A stretch of DNA of 55,461 nucleotides from a virus (Duplodnaviria; Heunggongvirae; Uroviricota; Caudoviricetes). Of the stretch, positions 8,315 to 18,314 are shown one piece after another (positions within the stretch are counted from its first letter, which is position 1; the number at the start of each line of letters is the position of its first letter). A program made the position numbers and the translations under genes. The notes below the pieces were generated by a model that saw nothing but the letters and a program-made list of their open reading frames with translations, searched no databases and had not been told where the DNA came from. The stretch lies in IMG/VR virus record IMGVR_UViG_3300025011_000017. One strand, written 5' to 3'.

Positions 8315-9115
8315 ATGAAAAAAATGTTAATTATTGTATTAGGATTATCTATGTTTCTTGGAGGATGTTCTGCTAATACTACTAATCCAGTTACTCCAAG
8401 CAAAGAGACAATTAAAGTCGAAGAAAAAATTCCTGAATCGTATACTATTATGATGAAAAATCTTAAAGAACAAAATTTAAATTCAACCCTAGATTTTGCC
8501 AATTTAACAATTAAAGATTTTCCTGACTCCCCATATACTTACAACGCACATATTATTAGAAGTATAATATTATGTGGTAAAATACATCCCTATATAAATA
8601 TTAGCATATATATAAACAAAGGTATGGGACATATGGGAGCATTTATAAAAGATGGAGATATTGAGATATTAGAGGGTTATATTGCACAAATTGATAAATC
8701 AAATAAATCTATTAACATTCCATTGAATGAATCTTTTAACTATATTTTAACTAATTATAATTATGAAGCAAAATCTAATAAAATAGATTTTCCTACATCA
8801 GATATTAAAATGATTTCCAAAAAAGATTATAATGGGTTTAGTTGGTTTTCAGATGTTGGGTATCCAGTCCCCAAACAATCAGACTTTGATGAAATAATTA
8901 ATAATGTATCCCCGAAAGCATTTTATTTATATATGAACAATGTAGAAACATCAGGAGAAATTAATTATCCTAAATATTTTTTGATTGCATCATATGCAAC
9001 ATCAGACAAAGAGTTAGAGAAAAGATTATTAAATAAAGTTATAGAACTTACGGAAGAAGATAAATATAATGAATCTAGAATTGAAGCAGAAAAAGGTTTA
9101 AATAATTTATTATAA
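8315..9115 (+). CDS. Lipoprotein
   Basis: Signal peptide MKKMLIIVLGLSMFLGGC with lipobox. Confidence 0.8.
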   Translation: MKKMLIIVLGLSMFLGGCSANTTNPVTPSKETIKVEEKIPESYTIMMKNLKEQNLNSTLDFANLTIKDFPDSPYTYNAHIIRSIILCGKIHPYINISIYINKGMGHMGAFIKDGDIEILEGYIAQIDKSNKSINIPLNESFNYILTNYNYEAKSNKIDFPTSDIKMISKKDYNGFSWFSDVGYPVPKQSDFDEIINNVSPKAFYLYMNNVETSGEINYPKYFLIASYATSDKELEKRLLNKVIELTEEDKYNESRIEAEKGLNNLL

Positions 9116-9124
9116 AATTAGAAA

Positions 9125-9153
9125 TACCCTCTACTTTATGTAGAGGGTATTTT
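9125..9153. terminator. Bidirectional terminator between convergent genes
   Basis: TACCCTCTAC/GTAGAGGGTA hairpin. Confidence 0.75.
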
Positions 9154-9156
9154 AAA

Positions 9157-9843
9157 TTATATTAATAAAGGTAAGAGTTTTAATACTAACAGTGCAGTTC
9201 CGCTTAATATAAGCGTATTTCCGAAAAGCGTTATAGCTTGCGTTGTGTCGTTATTTGACGTTGGAACTGGCTTGTCATCTGGTAATTCATTTATATCTAT
9301 AAAGTTTCCTTTTATCACCTCCATATATTTTTGAAAATTATCATTATTCTTAAAGTGATCAATGATCTCCACTCTTACTTTTTCTTTTATATTACCTTCT
9401 GGAGTTATTTCCCTTTCATAGCTTAATATATCTTTAGAATTTGAATTTGAATTAGATCTATTATTAGCAGGAGATTTACCATTTTTCCAACGATCTTTAA
9501 TCCTAGTAGTAATTGCCTTAGAAATATTATCTATCTTTCCCCCATCTTTTCCTATTACAGAAGCGTTAATTTGATATCCTTCTGGAAGACCTATAACAAT
9601 TTGTTTATTTGGAACAATTTGTGACCACATATTCAAACTATAAGCCCCCATTTTAGGATCATTTTCAGACCAAAACAATACTGTTTGAGAAGGATTATTA
9701 CTTGGATAAGGATATAGATAAAATAAATCAGATGAAGAAGCTTGTGCTTTAAAAGGATTGGATAAACTTAGGCCAATCATAATAAGAATTGTAGCAATGG
9801 TAAGGGTTTGTTTAATAGAGGTTTTCTTTAAAACTATAATCAT
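9157..9843 (-). CDS. Exported protein with C-terminal membrane anchor
   Basis: Signal peptide ending AQA; hydrophobic C-terminus. Confidence 0.7.
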   Translation of the reverse strand: MIIVLKKTSIKQTLTIATILIMIGLSLSNPFKAQASSSDLFYLYPYPSNNPSQTVLFWSENDPKMGAYSLNMWSQIVPNKQIVIGLPEGYQINASVIGKDGGKIDNISKAITTRIKDRWKNGKSPANNRSNSNSNSKDILSYEREITPEGNIKEKVRVEIIDHFKNNDNFQKYMEVIKGNFIDINELPDDKPVPTSNNDTTQAITLFGNTLILSGTALLVLKLLPLLI

Positions 9844-9864
9844 ATTAAATTACTCCCTTCAATT

Positions 9865-10092
9865 TTAGGATTTTTCAACAACGATCCCTTTTAGTTTTAA
9901 AAATAAAAATTCTGCTTCTAAGATTCTAGATATAACTTCCCTATCTACTCCAGTTAATTTTAAAGTAAATTCAATAAGTTCTTCATCATCAAAAAACAAT
10001 TCCCTTTTAATAGAATCTTTAACAACATTTCTAATAATTTGCTTTTTTAAATTATCAAATAATTCATTAATCAAATTAATAACTCCTTTCAC
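9865..10092 (-). CDS. Small hypothetical protein
   Basis: In operon, RBS AAAGGAG. Confidence 0.6.
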   Translation of the reverse strand: MKGVINLINELFDNLKKQIIRNVVKDSIKRELFFDDEELIEFTLKLTGVDREVISRILEAEFLFLKLKGIVVEKS

Positions 10093-10097
10093 TAAAT

Positions 10098-10784
10098 TTA
10101 TTTAAATAAATACCTTAAGGGATCAACGGCCTTGCCTCCAAATCTGACTTCGAAGTGAAGATGTGAACCACTAGAATTCCCAGTATTACCTGAAAGAGCA
10201 ATAATATCTTTTACATGTACAAGATTCCATTTTTTAACTCTAATTTCTGAACAATGTGCATATAAAGTTTGAAACCCTCCTTCATGGTCTACAATGATGT
10301 AATTGCCATAAACGCTATTAGGATCTAATTTTATTTCACTTACCTTCCCTTCAAGAGTAGCAATAATAGGAGTCCCTGTATCGCAAGCAATATCAATTCC
10401 ATGATGGTTCGCTCCGTCAAAATATTGAGTTATAATTGGAGCCTTAATTCCAATTAGAGGAAATTCTAAATGCTTATCAAGTAATGTTGCTTTTGCTCCA
10501 AAATTTAAAATTGGAGAATTAAGAAATTTTGAGGCAAAAGTATTTGTGTCATCTCTTGCCTCTCCAACAACTTTAATAGCATTTGTTAAACTTTGCACAT
10601 CTTGACGAGCCTCTGACATACTTTGACCTATTTTAGAAAATCCTGGAAAAACGATCGAAAAGAAGAGAACTATAGCTACTGCTTTAAATATCCTAGCTAT
10701 ATACTTTTGACCTAGTTCATAAATGATTACATAAGTTATATACAAAGTCACCCCTGTCTTTATACAAGTAACAATGAACTCCAT
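10098..10784 (-). CDS. Membrane-anchored M23 peptidase with SpoIIIAC/AD-like N-terminal helices
   Basis: HHGID, LYAH, GNTGNSSGSHLHFE; two N-terminal TM segments. Confidence 0.85.
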   Translation of the reverse strand: MEFIVTCIKTGVTLYITYVIIYELGQKYIARIFKAVAIVLFFSIVFPGFSKIGQSMSEARQDVQSLTNAIKVVGEARDDTNTFASKFLNSPILNFGAKATLLDKHLEFPLIGIKAPIITQYFDGANHHGIDIACDTGTPIIATLEGKVSEIKLDPNSVYGNYIIVDHEGGFQTLYAHCSEIRVKKWNLVHVKDIIALSGNTGNSSGSHLHFEVRFGGKAVDPLRYLFK

Positions 10785-10798
10785 AGTAAATACACCTC

Positions 10799-10993
10799 TT
10801 AAAAACTAGAATAAGCTTTAACGATACCTGTTGCCTTTGTGATATCAACGAAAGCAAGAACTAAAACGGCAACTAAACATCCAAGTCTAACATATGGAAT
10901 ATACTCCCCCTTGCCAATCATGCGAACTATATGTTCAGAGCCAAAAGCAAATATAGCAATATCCAAATATTTTGTTACATTAGCATCAACCAT
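10799..10993 (-). CDS. SpoIIIAC-like small membrane protein
   Basis: 64 aa, two TM helices joined by GKGEY, ends VKAYSSF. Confidence 0.55.
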   Translation of the reverse strand: MVDANVTKYLDIAIFAFGSEHIVRMIGKGEYIPYVRLGCLVAVLVLAFVDITKATGIVKAYSSF

Positions 10994-11011
10994 AAAATTT
11001 AACCTCCTTAA

Positions 11012-11236
11012 TCAGACTTTACAATTTAAAAATTCCAAAATTTTAAATGAGTTATGACCATCAATTCTAAAACCATCTAAAAGATAATAAAAATCTTTAC
11101 CATGAGTTAAATCTAAACCGTAAGCAGTAAAAACATAATGGAGATTAACTGCCAATTTGTGAGAAATAAAAGCAAGTGCTAATAGTGGAATTAGTTTAAA
11201 AATATTTCTTACAATTTTATTCAAAATAATCACCAT
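11012..11236 (-). CDS. Small membrane protein
   Basis: In operon, one hydrophobic segment. Confidence 0.5.
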   Translation of the reverse strand: MVIILNKIVRNIFKLIPLLALAFISHKLAVNLHYVFTAYGLDLTHGKDFYYLLDGFRIDGHNSFKILEFLNCKV

Positions 11237-11284
11237 CCTAAATAATGATATAAATCAATAAGAAAAGACAATTTTAGATGGAAA

Positions 11285-12013
11285 TCAGGTAACTTTAGCT
11301 AAATTTAGTGCAATATTAGGATGTTTTTTATGTGCCATTTCGGTACATAATTCTTTAAGCTTAGAGATAGACATAACCTGTACTTTATACCCATAAACCT
11401 TTTCGTTTCGGACATGAGAAATTATTCGTTCCCTATCACCAGTAGTAACAATAATTAAACTAAAAGTCTGATCCATAGAAGGGTCTACCCAATAATAAGA
11501 TTTTCTGCTCTCCAATTTATCATCAAATATCTTTTTGAACAAAGTGTCATACTTAGGAATTTTGTCAAATCCATTCCCTGATTCTTCACGATGAAATTCA
11601 ATAAAATAAAAATGATTTTTAGAAGCATAGTCCTTAATTATCACAAAAGCATCAGGTTCAACGATTGGTTCATAGATACGAGGTTCAACACTGAAAGATT
11701 GTAACTTCATATCCTCATCATTTTTTAATTTAAAATAAGTATACATCCAGTTTACTCCGACCCTGTGTTCAACTCGTTTGGGTTGCTTCTCTAAGTAATA
11801 AAAATATGGGGTAAGCATCGAAAAACGATCTCTTTTAATTCTTTTAGATTTAACTAAATCTCTTAACTTACGACAACACATTTCATAGCTTACCTCTGGA
11901 CAAGTAAGTAAATGGATTTGATTGGTATCCATAACTGTTCTTGTCTCCAGAAGTCCTAGAATTTGCTGATCTCGGTAGTATCCCTTTGCGTGAGTAGATA
12001 TCTGTTTGGTCAT
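11285..12013 (-). CDS. Replication-relaxation family protein
   Basis: RDQQIL N-terminal HTH, EHRVGVN, EPDAF, FIEF, KIPKY; follows FtsK gene. Confidence 0.75.
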   Translation of the reverse strand: MTKQISTHAKGYYRDQQILGLLETRTVMDTNQIHLLTCPEVSYEMCCRKLRDLVKSKRIKRDRFSMLTPYFYYLEKQPKRVEHRVGVNWMYTYFKLKNDEDMKLQSFSVEPRIYEPIVEPDAFVIIKDYASKNHFYFIEFHREESGNGFDKIPKYDTLFKKIFDDKLESRKSYYWVDPSMDQTFSLIIVTTGDRERIISHVRNEKVYGYKVQVMSISKLKELCTEMAHKKHPNIALNLAKVT

Positions 12014-13280
12014 GTATATTAGCACCCCCATCATAATAAAATTTTTCTGGAATTTGATCAAGGTCATCTAAAAGAGAATTATATAACTTCTCATCCTCCT
12101 TACTCTCATCTGGATCTGGAAAATAAAGAGTTTGAATTTCTTCGCTAACATCCCATTCAAATATTGCTCTACCTGCAAACTTGGCTAGATTTGCCGCACG
12201 TCCATCCTTCATTGCCATACGAGCAGTATTTGCATCTGCAACACGCATACCTATGGTGGCCTCGAACATTGCTTGTAGATCCTTAAAAGATACTTTCTTA
12301 GAGATAGTATGTGAAGGACGTTGAGTTGCACCGATAATACAAAATCCTTGACTTCTACCTATGCTTGATAATTTCTGCAAGAGTGAAAATGCTTCTGGAC
12401 ACTCGTTGGCAAGTAATGCTAATTCATCAACAATAATAACAATAAACGGCATACCATCTTTATTTTTCTTCAACCAACCAGTAAACTTACGAGAATCATC
12501 ATTTTCCATAATCAATGCCCTACGTTCGTTTTCTTGGACAAGTTGTCGAAATAGTATTAATGATTCTTCTGGAGTTCTAGCATATACTCCTCCATATTTC
12601 TTAATCCACTTGAACTCTCCAATTTTTAAATCAATCATAGCAACAATAACTTTAGGATTTAATAAACGATTTTTATTTAATTTTAAAAGAGAATAAGCAG
12701 AGGAATGTAAAACATTAGATTTACCTGAATTTGGTATTCCTATAAGAAGTAAATTAATAATCTTTGATAAGTCTTTGACCAAAATTCCTTCAATAACAGT
12801 AAACCCTAAAGGTAAAGGAAGATGCATAGGATTTTTTTTCAAACTGGTGTAATCAGTAGGATTGAACTCATAGTTGTATTTCTTTTTTAGCCGTTTATTA
12901 GTGATAGTCATTTTGACTGATCTGCCTTCGTGTACTAATTGACACGATCCTCCAACCGAATCTGCAAAAGTTTGTTCATGAGACTCGAATTCTGAATAAG
13001 GTATATCTTCTGGAAGATGAATAATTAAAAGCCAAACAGTTTCAACATTTATAGAACGTGGTTTATATTTATGGACAAGCTTTTGGAGTTTGGTTGGGTT
13101 AGTAGGTTCTTCAGGATACAAGAGTATTCGTTTGTGGATAAATGGTTTCAGTTCACGATGCTTCCATATTCCATCAATAGAAGTTTCTACTTTCCCAACG
13201 ATTGCATGATGTAGGCGTTTTACTTTAGTTAATTCGGCGTGAAATATTTCTCCTATAAGGGTGCTATCATTGCACTTCAT
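11883..13280 (-). CDS. FtsK/SpoIIIE-family ATPase
   Basis: GIPNSGKS, IDLK, IIVDEL, GRSQG, ATQRP; RBS GGGGGAGG before ATG 13280. Confidence 0.92.
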   Translation of the reverse strand: MKCNDSTLIGEIFHAELTKVKRLHHAIVGKVETSIDGIWKHRELKPFIHKRILLYPEEPTNPTKLQKLVHKYKPRSINVETVWLLIIHLPEDIPYSEFESHEQTFADSVGGSCQLVHEGRSVKMTITNKRLKKKYNYEFNPTDYTSLKKNPMHLPLPLGFTVIEGILVKDLSKIINLLLIGIPNSGKSNVLHSSAYSLLKLNKNRLLNPKVIVAMIDLKIGEFKWIKKYGGVYARTPEESLILFRQLVQENERRALIMENDDSRKFTGWLKKNKDGMPFIVIIVDELALLANECPEAFSLLQKLSSIGRSQGFCIIGATQRPSHTISKKVSFKDLQAMFEATIGMRVADANTARMAMKDGRAANLAKFAGRAIFEWDVSEEIQTLYFPDPDESKEDEKLYNSLLDDLDQIPEKFYYDGGANIHDQTDIYSRKGILPRSANSRTSGDKNSYGYQSNPFTYLSRGKL

Positions 13281-13819
13281 TTGTTCAATACCTCCCCCAC
13301 TAGTTAGTTCATTAATATAGGTGTCGATTGTAAGTTCAAACGAACTATAGCACGGAATGGACAAGAAGAAAAATAACGAAGAAGAGAATTGAGATGTAAT
13401 ACTTTACATTTCAATTGTATGAAGATATCGGCTAGATATAACTTAAAGAGTAATTGTTAAATATTGGCGATGACAGACAATGTAAGCTCAAAAAATTGAT
13501 ATTAGCTTTAGAAAGCTTGGAAATGCTACATAATTTAAAGTGATAGAAAACTGAAATTATAATAGTAATAATAATAAAAAGATGATAAAGAAGTGGTAAA
13601 AAATAGAGGTGTGATAAAATAGAGAGGTGTGGTAAAATTATAGTTACACCCCCTTACCCCTGCCCGGTATCATTTTGAATTTGTTTGTATCCCCCTCTTA
13701 TTGATTATTGATATTGAATTTAACGTCATTTAAGGCCAAATAAGCTTGTTTTATTGCACTTGATAATTGACGTTATACGGACATAGGAATTTTAAGGCTA
13801 AGTAAGATTAATTCTTCAA

Positions 13820-13835
13820 TGTTCCACGTGGAACA
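13820..13835. promoter_or_regulatory. parS: parS (Spo0J/ParB site)
   Basis: Perfect palindrome TGTTCCACGTGGAACA. Confidence 0.88.
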
Positions 13836-13908
13836 TTATTTTAAACTTATAAGGAACATATGGCATCGAACGAAGGAAATAGAGTGAGATAATGGGAGAA
13901 TTTGAAAG

Positions 13909-13945
13909 ATGTTCATATGAACATAAAAAATGTTCATATGAACAT
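13909..13945. repeat. Two tandem 16-bp palindromes ATGTTCATATGAACAT
   Basis: Copies at 13909-13924 and 13930-13945. Confidence 0.85.
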
Positions 13946-14934
13946 GTTAGTGGTCGCTAACATTCTTTTTTAGGGTAACAGGCCAAAAAAGTTATGGTAT
14001 AATTCCATTATTATAATATTATAATTTAAGTATATTATAATATTAGTATATTATAAATCTATCATATACTAATACCCATTATTCTTTGATGTTCAAATAT
14101 ATACATATATTCTTATATATACCATAACCTTTTACCTATGTATTACTATACATCATAATGCATAATTATACTGTATATATATACACTACTATGTATAACA
14201 ATACATAACCATATACCTATACACAATCACATCTATTACAAAATACCAACTATTCCAATCCGAATATTAAAACTACTTATTATCACTATTACTATATATC
14301 ATGCCTATAATTACACTATCATCCATTAAATTTATCTATTGTATTATATAAGTGCAATATACATGCCAATAACATCCTGTATGCAATTGTTATGCCATTT
14401 AATTGATAACTATAATCAGTTAATACGCGTTTTCAGACGTTTTAAGCATATTGACCCATGTTGGCATATTTACACACTAAAACATTATTTTAGTCCAATG
14501 ACACAAAATTTTCAAAACTACCCACTAGGGGTATACTTTTTAGATACCCTATAGGGGTACATTGGCATATGTTTTGAATGAGATTACATGCCAAAAATAA
14601 CATTAAATTATGTTATTATAATCATATATATTATCAATGCCAATCTATCGCATCACCACTATTAAATTATACTATTATTATATAATTAATTACATATATC
14701 ATATTAAATTATGGTACAATAAATAATTATTATATATAAAACATTATCTTATAATATGATCTTTTTGGCTTATTTTGAGCATATTGGTACTATGTCAATA
14801 TCATTATCCAAACGTCTTAAACACCCCTTTTTGAGCGTTACAAACGATATTTACTTACTATCTTTTATCCTGCCAAAATACAAAGATCTTAGATAAAATT
14901 GATTATATTTTAATAATAAATTTTTTTTAAAAAA

Positions 14935-14962
14935 GAAGGATTATTTTAGATTTGTGGCGAAT
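14935..14962 (+). promoter_or_regulatory. sigmaH-type promoter
   Basis: GAAGGATTA-12-GGCGAAT matches RNAGGAWWW-11/12-RNNGAAT. Confidence 0.65.
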
Positions 14963-15343
14963 ACTATCTAGCGTAGGGATAACCTACAGGGTTTTATAGG
15001 CGCTAAATTGAAGAAAGGAGCACTGAAGTCGTTTAAGTGTTTTACAGCCCACGACGTTGTTCACGGCAGGGGACAATAAACGGGACGATATTTGACAATT
15101 TAATATCGAGATTATACTCTAATCGGAATACTAGGACGCGAACCGTATAAAGACCTTAGTTACTTGTCAAGCTACCATTGGTTAAGTGTATGACTACTGG
15201 AGATTACGCCACAATGCAGAGCAGAGCAAGAGAGTTAAGAGAGTAGGGGAAACGTACCAGAGAACAAAGAAGGGTATAATCGGTAGGACTATTTTAGTCT
15301 TACTTCAAGCATAGCAAAATTAAGTTTAGGAGATGTTTTTTAA

Positions 15344-15550
15344 ATGAGAAAAGCAATAATTAATACTAATAGAGGTTGGAAATCTTTGGACTGTCGATCA
15401 ACTTGCACAAAAGACGAACAAAAAATTTGTAAACATTTTGACTCCATGAGAAGAAATTTAAAAAGTGAGGGTGGGCTAGAAACCTGTAAATACATTAAAA
15501 ATGGATTGATAGAAATAAATGAAGAGTACCCTAAGTACTTAGAACAATAA
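15344..15550 (+). CDS. Hypothetical protein flanked by inverted repeats
   Basis: RBS AGGAG. Confidence 0.65.
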   Translation: MRKAIINTNRGWKSLDCRSTCTKDEQKICKHFDSMRRNLKSEGGLETCKYIKNGLIEINEEYPKYLEQ

Positions 15551-15592
15551 ATTAAAGTGCTATGCTTGAAGGTGGACTAAAATTAAAGGAGA

Positions 15593-15886
15593 ATGATAAA
15601 AATGGCTAAAAAATCTGAAACACAAATTTGCTATGATAACGCAAAATTAATCATTAGAATTATTTTATCAGTCGAAAAAAATGAAGACGATATACAAATG
15701 CATTTAGTAAAACAGTTTTATATGGCATTTCATAATGATAATATAAGATTAGCTTATAACATCATTAACGAGTCATTTAATCAAAATTTAATTGCGGGAT
15801 ACAAATATCTAGAATGTTGTAAACTATGTGAGGTTCGCGGTGAATTTTATGAAATAGCCATAAAAAATCCTTTAATTAATCTTTAA
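15593..15886 (+). CDS. Hypothetical protein
   Basis: RBS AAGGAG. Confidence 0.65.
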   Translation: MIKMAKKSETQICYDNAKLIIRIILSVEKNEDDIQMHLVKQFYMAFHNDNIRLAYNIINESFNQNLIAGYKYLECCKLCEVRGEFYEIAIKNPLINL

Positions 15887-15971
15887 TTTTAATTAGAAAA
15901 TACACTGGAACGTTTTACTTTGAATGTCCAGTGTATAAACGTAACTAAAATTAAGAAAGAGGAAAATTTAA

Positions 15972-16184
15972 ATGAAAGTATTCGATTTAATTATAACATT
16001 TTGTGATGGAAAACAAGAAACAACGTTATGGAATGAAAAAGCAGTAGAAAAAGTATTAGAACGGGTTAAAAATAATGGTTATATGGTACTAGAACACGAA
16101 ATTATTGAACGTAATGCAAATAAAAAAGAACTTGCAATCATGGAACGACACAAAAAATTAAATAACGATCTAGACAAACTTTAA
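15972..16184 (+). CDS. Hypothetical protein
   Basis: RBS GAGG. Confidence 0.65.
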   Translation: MKVFDLIITFCDGKQETTLWNEKAVEKVLERVKNNGYMVLEHEIIERNANKKELAIMERHKKLNNDLDKL

Positions 16185-16382
16185 GAGGGTTAAAATGCTA
16201 AGATTATTAAGAGATTATAAAATTTTATGCGAACAATTCGAATTATCCTTTGATTTTAAAGGGTTTAATAAATTTTTAACACATATGAAAAAATAATTTA
16301 TACTTGCGCTTATGCATTAAGGTTATATTATTGCAATCTTAATGCATTGTCGTAAATTAAATTATAGAAAGGATTTTTTAAA

Positions 16383-16574
16383 ATGATTGAAATTTATATC
16401 AGAAGTATTTGTGCCGAATGTGGAGAAGAATTAAGGGTTTTAGTAACATTAGAAAATTTTGACAGTAAATTTAACGACACAAAAACAACGTGCCACAATT
16501 GCAATTCAGAATTATTGATCACTGATACATTTTATGGCGATGAAGAATGCAATTTAATGAAAAGAGAAGAGTAG
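16383..16574 (+). CDS. Zinc-ribbon protein
   Basis: CAEC...CHNC; RBS AAAGGA. Confidence 0.65.
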   Translation: MIEIYIRSICAECGEELRVLVTLENFDSKFNDTKTTCHNCNSELLITDTFYGDEECNLMKREE

Positions 16575-16927
16575 CCATTATAAAAGGAGTTGTTAAAAAT
16601 GATTAAAAATAAGCAATACACTTTAATTAATAAACATGGAACAAAAACAGTTTTAATTTTTATTAAAACATTAAACAATATTCACACTTTTAAAAATTCA
16701 AATGGTGCAAAAGTCACGTTTTCTGATGATGATTTGAAAGAATTAAAAATACAATAGCGAGGAGGTGGCTAGTGTATCGGCAGGAAAATTTGAAAATACA
16801 GAAGTTAAGTGCAATATTACAATCATACCATAATACTAACTGATAATAATTTTTAATTTTAGGATAATATACCAAAGTTTATATTTTGGTATATTTTCGG
16901 TAAATTAAAGTTGAGAGAAGGTAAATT

Positions 16928-17149
16928 ATGGATATTATGAACGTATTAAGAAAAATGAATGAAGCAGTATTTCGGGTTGAAAGTAAACGTATATCTAAAC
17001 GTAACAAAAAAATCAAACATTCGATGCAATCTACAGAAAGCGAATTAGTAGAAACTATTACAAATTTAAAGAATAAAGGACATATTGAAATAGAGTTAAT
17101 AAAAATTAGAAAGTCATATAAGGAAAGGAAGATGGCAAATAAATTTTAG
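16928..17149 (+). CDS. Hypothetical basic protein
   Basis: RBS AAGGT. Confidence 0.6.
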   Translation: MDIMNVLRKMNEAVFRVESKRISKRNKKIKHSMQSTESELVETITNLKNKGHIEIELIKIRKSYKERKMANKF

Positions 17150-17224
17150 TTTGAACTTATGTCATTAAATTAAAATTTAATGACATATGTGTGAACTAAA
17201 AATTAAGAAAGTAGGTATTTTAAT

Positions 17225-18031
17225 ATGGCGAAAACTACTGCTAAATGCAAAGGACTCTGCAAACAAACTTATCCAGTAAAAATGATGAAAAAGATCGAAT
17301 CTCCTGGACACAATTATTTTTTTGTTTGTCCAGATTGTGCGACACGGGAGGAAAGCTATTACGACGAAAATGACAAATTGTCTCACAGAGAAAAAAAACA
17401 CGGCTTTACAGTATCGTATGAAGTCGAAACTGGAACAAGAAATGTTGCGTCAAATCTATTTTATGAATATGGATTTTTACCTACAGAGGACGGTTCAATA
17501 TGTGGGACTGAATGGAAAACGCCAATATATGTAAGTTTTAATGGTATCAAACAATTGCTTCGAAGCGTTGAAAAAGTTGGACTTTTTACAAATGACGAAG
17601 GCTGTCATACAAACATAGGCAACAAAAAATTGACTCCAGAAATGATAAAAGAAATACGTTATTCTCACATTGCGCTATTCAAACCTTTAAGCGATTATAT
17701 GTTAAAAAATCCTGAAGATGTTAAGCGCATATTCGGAAGGAATTTTAAATATTATGCACAAGCGTACCGAATAGATTCTAATCCATTACAACATGAGTTA
17801 TTTATAAATCTACAACATTCAACACATATAGAATTCAGAATTTGTAAATTTGTTACCGCAAATCAGCTCTTTAATGCTACAATGCTATGCCGCGAAATTG
17901 TAGGTTGTATAATAACAAACTATCTAGATTATCTTGTAGATTCTAGCGATGATGTATTGAGACGAAAATTAAGCGTAACTTCCAATAAGCTTATCAGTTT
18001 ATTTCAAAAGTATGCTAAAAAATCAGTTTAG
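17225..18031 (+). CDS. Putative amidoligase (COOH-NH2 ligase family)
   Basis: YEVE, EDGSI, EWKTP, GCHTN, IEFR motifs. Confidence 0.75.
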   Translation: MAKTTAKCKGLCKQTYPVKMMKKIESPGHNYFFVCPDCATREESYYDENDKLSHREKKHGFTVSYEVETGTRNVASNLFYEYGFLPTEDGSICGTEWKTPIYVSFNGIKQLLRSVEKVGLFTNDEGCHTNIGNKKLTPEMIKEIRYSHIALFKPLSDYMLKNPEDVKRIFGRNFKYYAQAYRIDSNPLQHELFINLQHSTHIEFRICKFVTANQLFNATMLCREIVGCIITNYLDYLVDSSDDVLRRKLSVTSNKLISLFQKYAKKSV

Positions 18032-18125
18032 TATAAAACAGATTACAAATATAAAGTAATAAATTATATTTGTAATCAATTTTATCCTAAAATGTAAAGG
18101 ATAAAAATTAAAATTTAAAGGGGGT

Positions 18126-18314
18126 ATGAAAATGAATATTAAAAGAATTGAAAAGTTTCCGTGTACTTTAGAACAAGTTATTGAGGTCTATATAAAATCT
18201 AAAATTAGTTGGTACAATTTTAGCGTCGAAGATAAAACTAAGGTTCGGAACTTATGCTGTGATCATTGTCAACGAAAATGTTGGCTAGGACATACTAAAA
18301 TTTATATTTATTAA
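18126..18314 (+). CDS. Hypothetical Cys-rich protein
   Basis: RBS AAGGGGG. Confidence 0.55.
   Translation: MKMNIKRIEKFPCTLEQVIEVYIKSKISWYNFSVEDKTKVRNLCCDHCQRKCWLGHTKIYIY

Noticed and set aside
7313-9115. Arbitrium-type communication system
   Set aside because: No TPR receptor or short secreted peptide gene; 8315-9115 is a lipoprotein
13290-13400. Sporulation sigma (E/F/G/K) promoter or Spo0A box upstream of the FtsK operon
   Set aside because: Only partial matches, not distinguishable from chance
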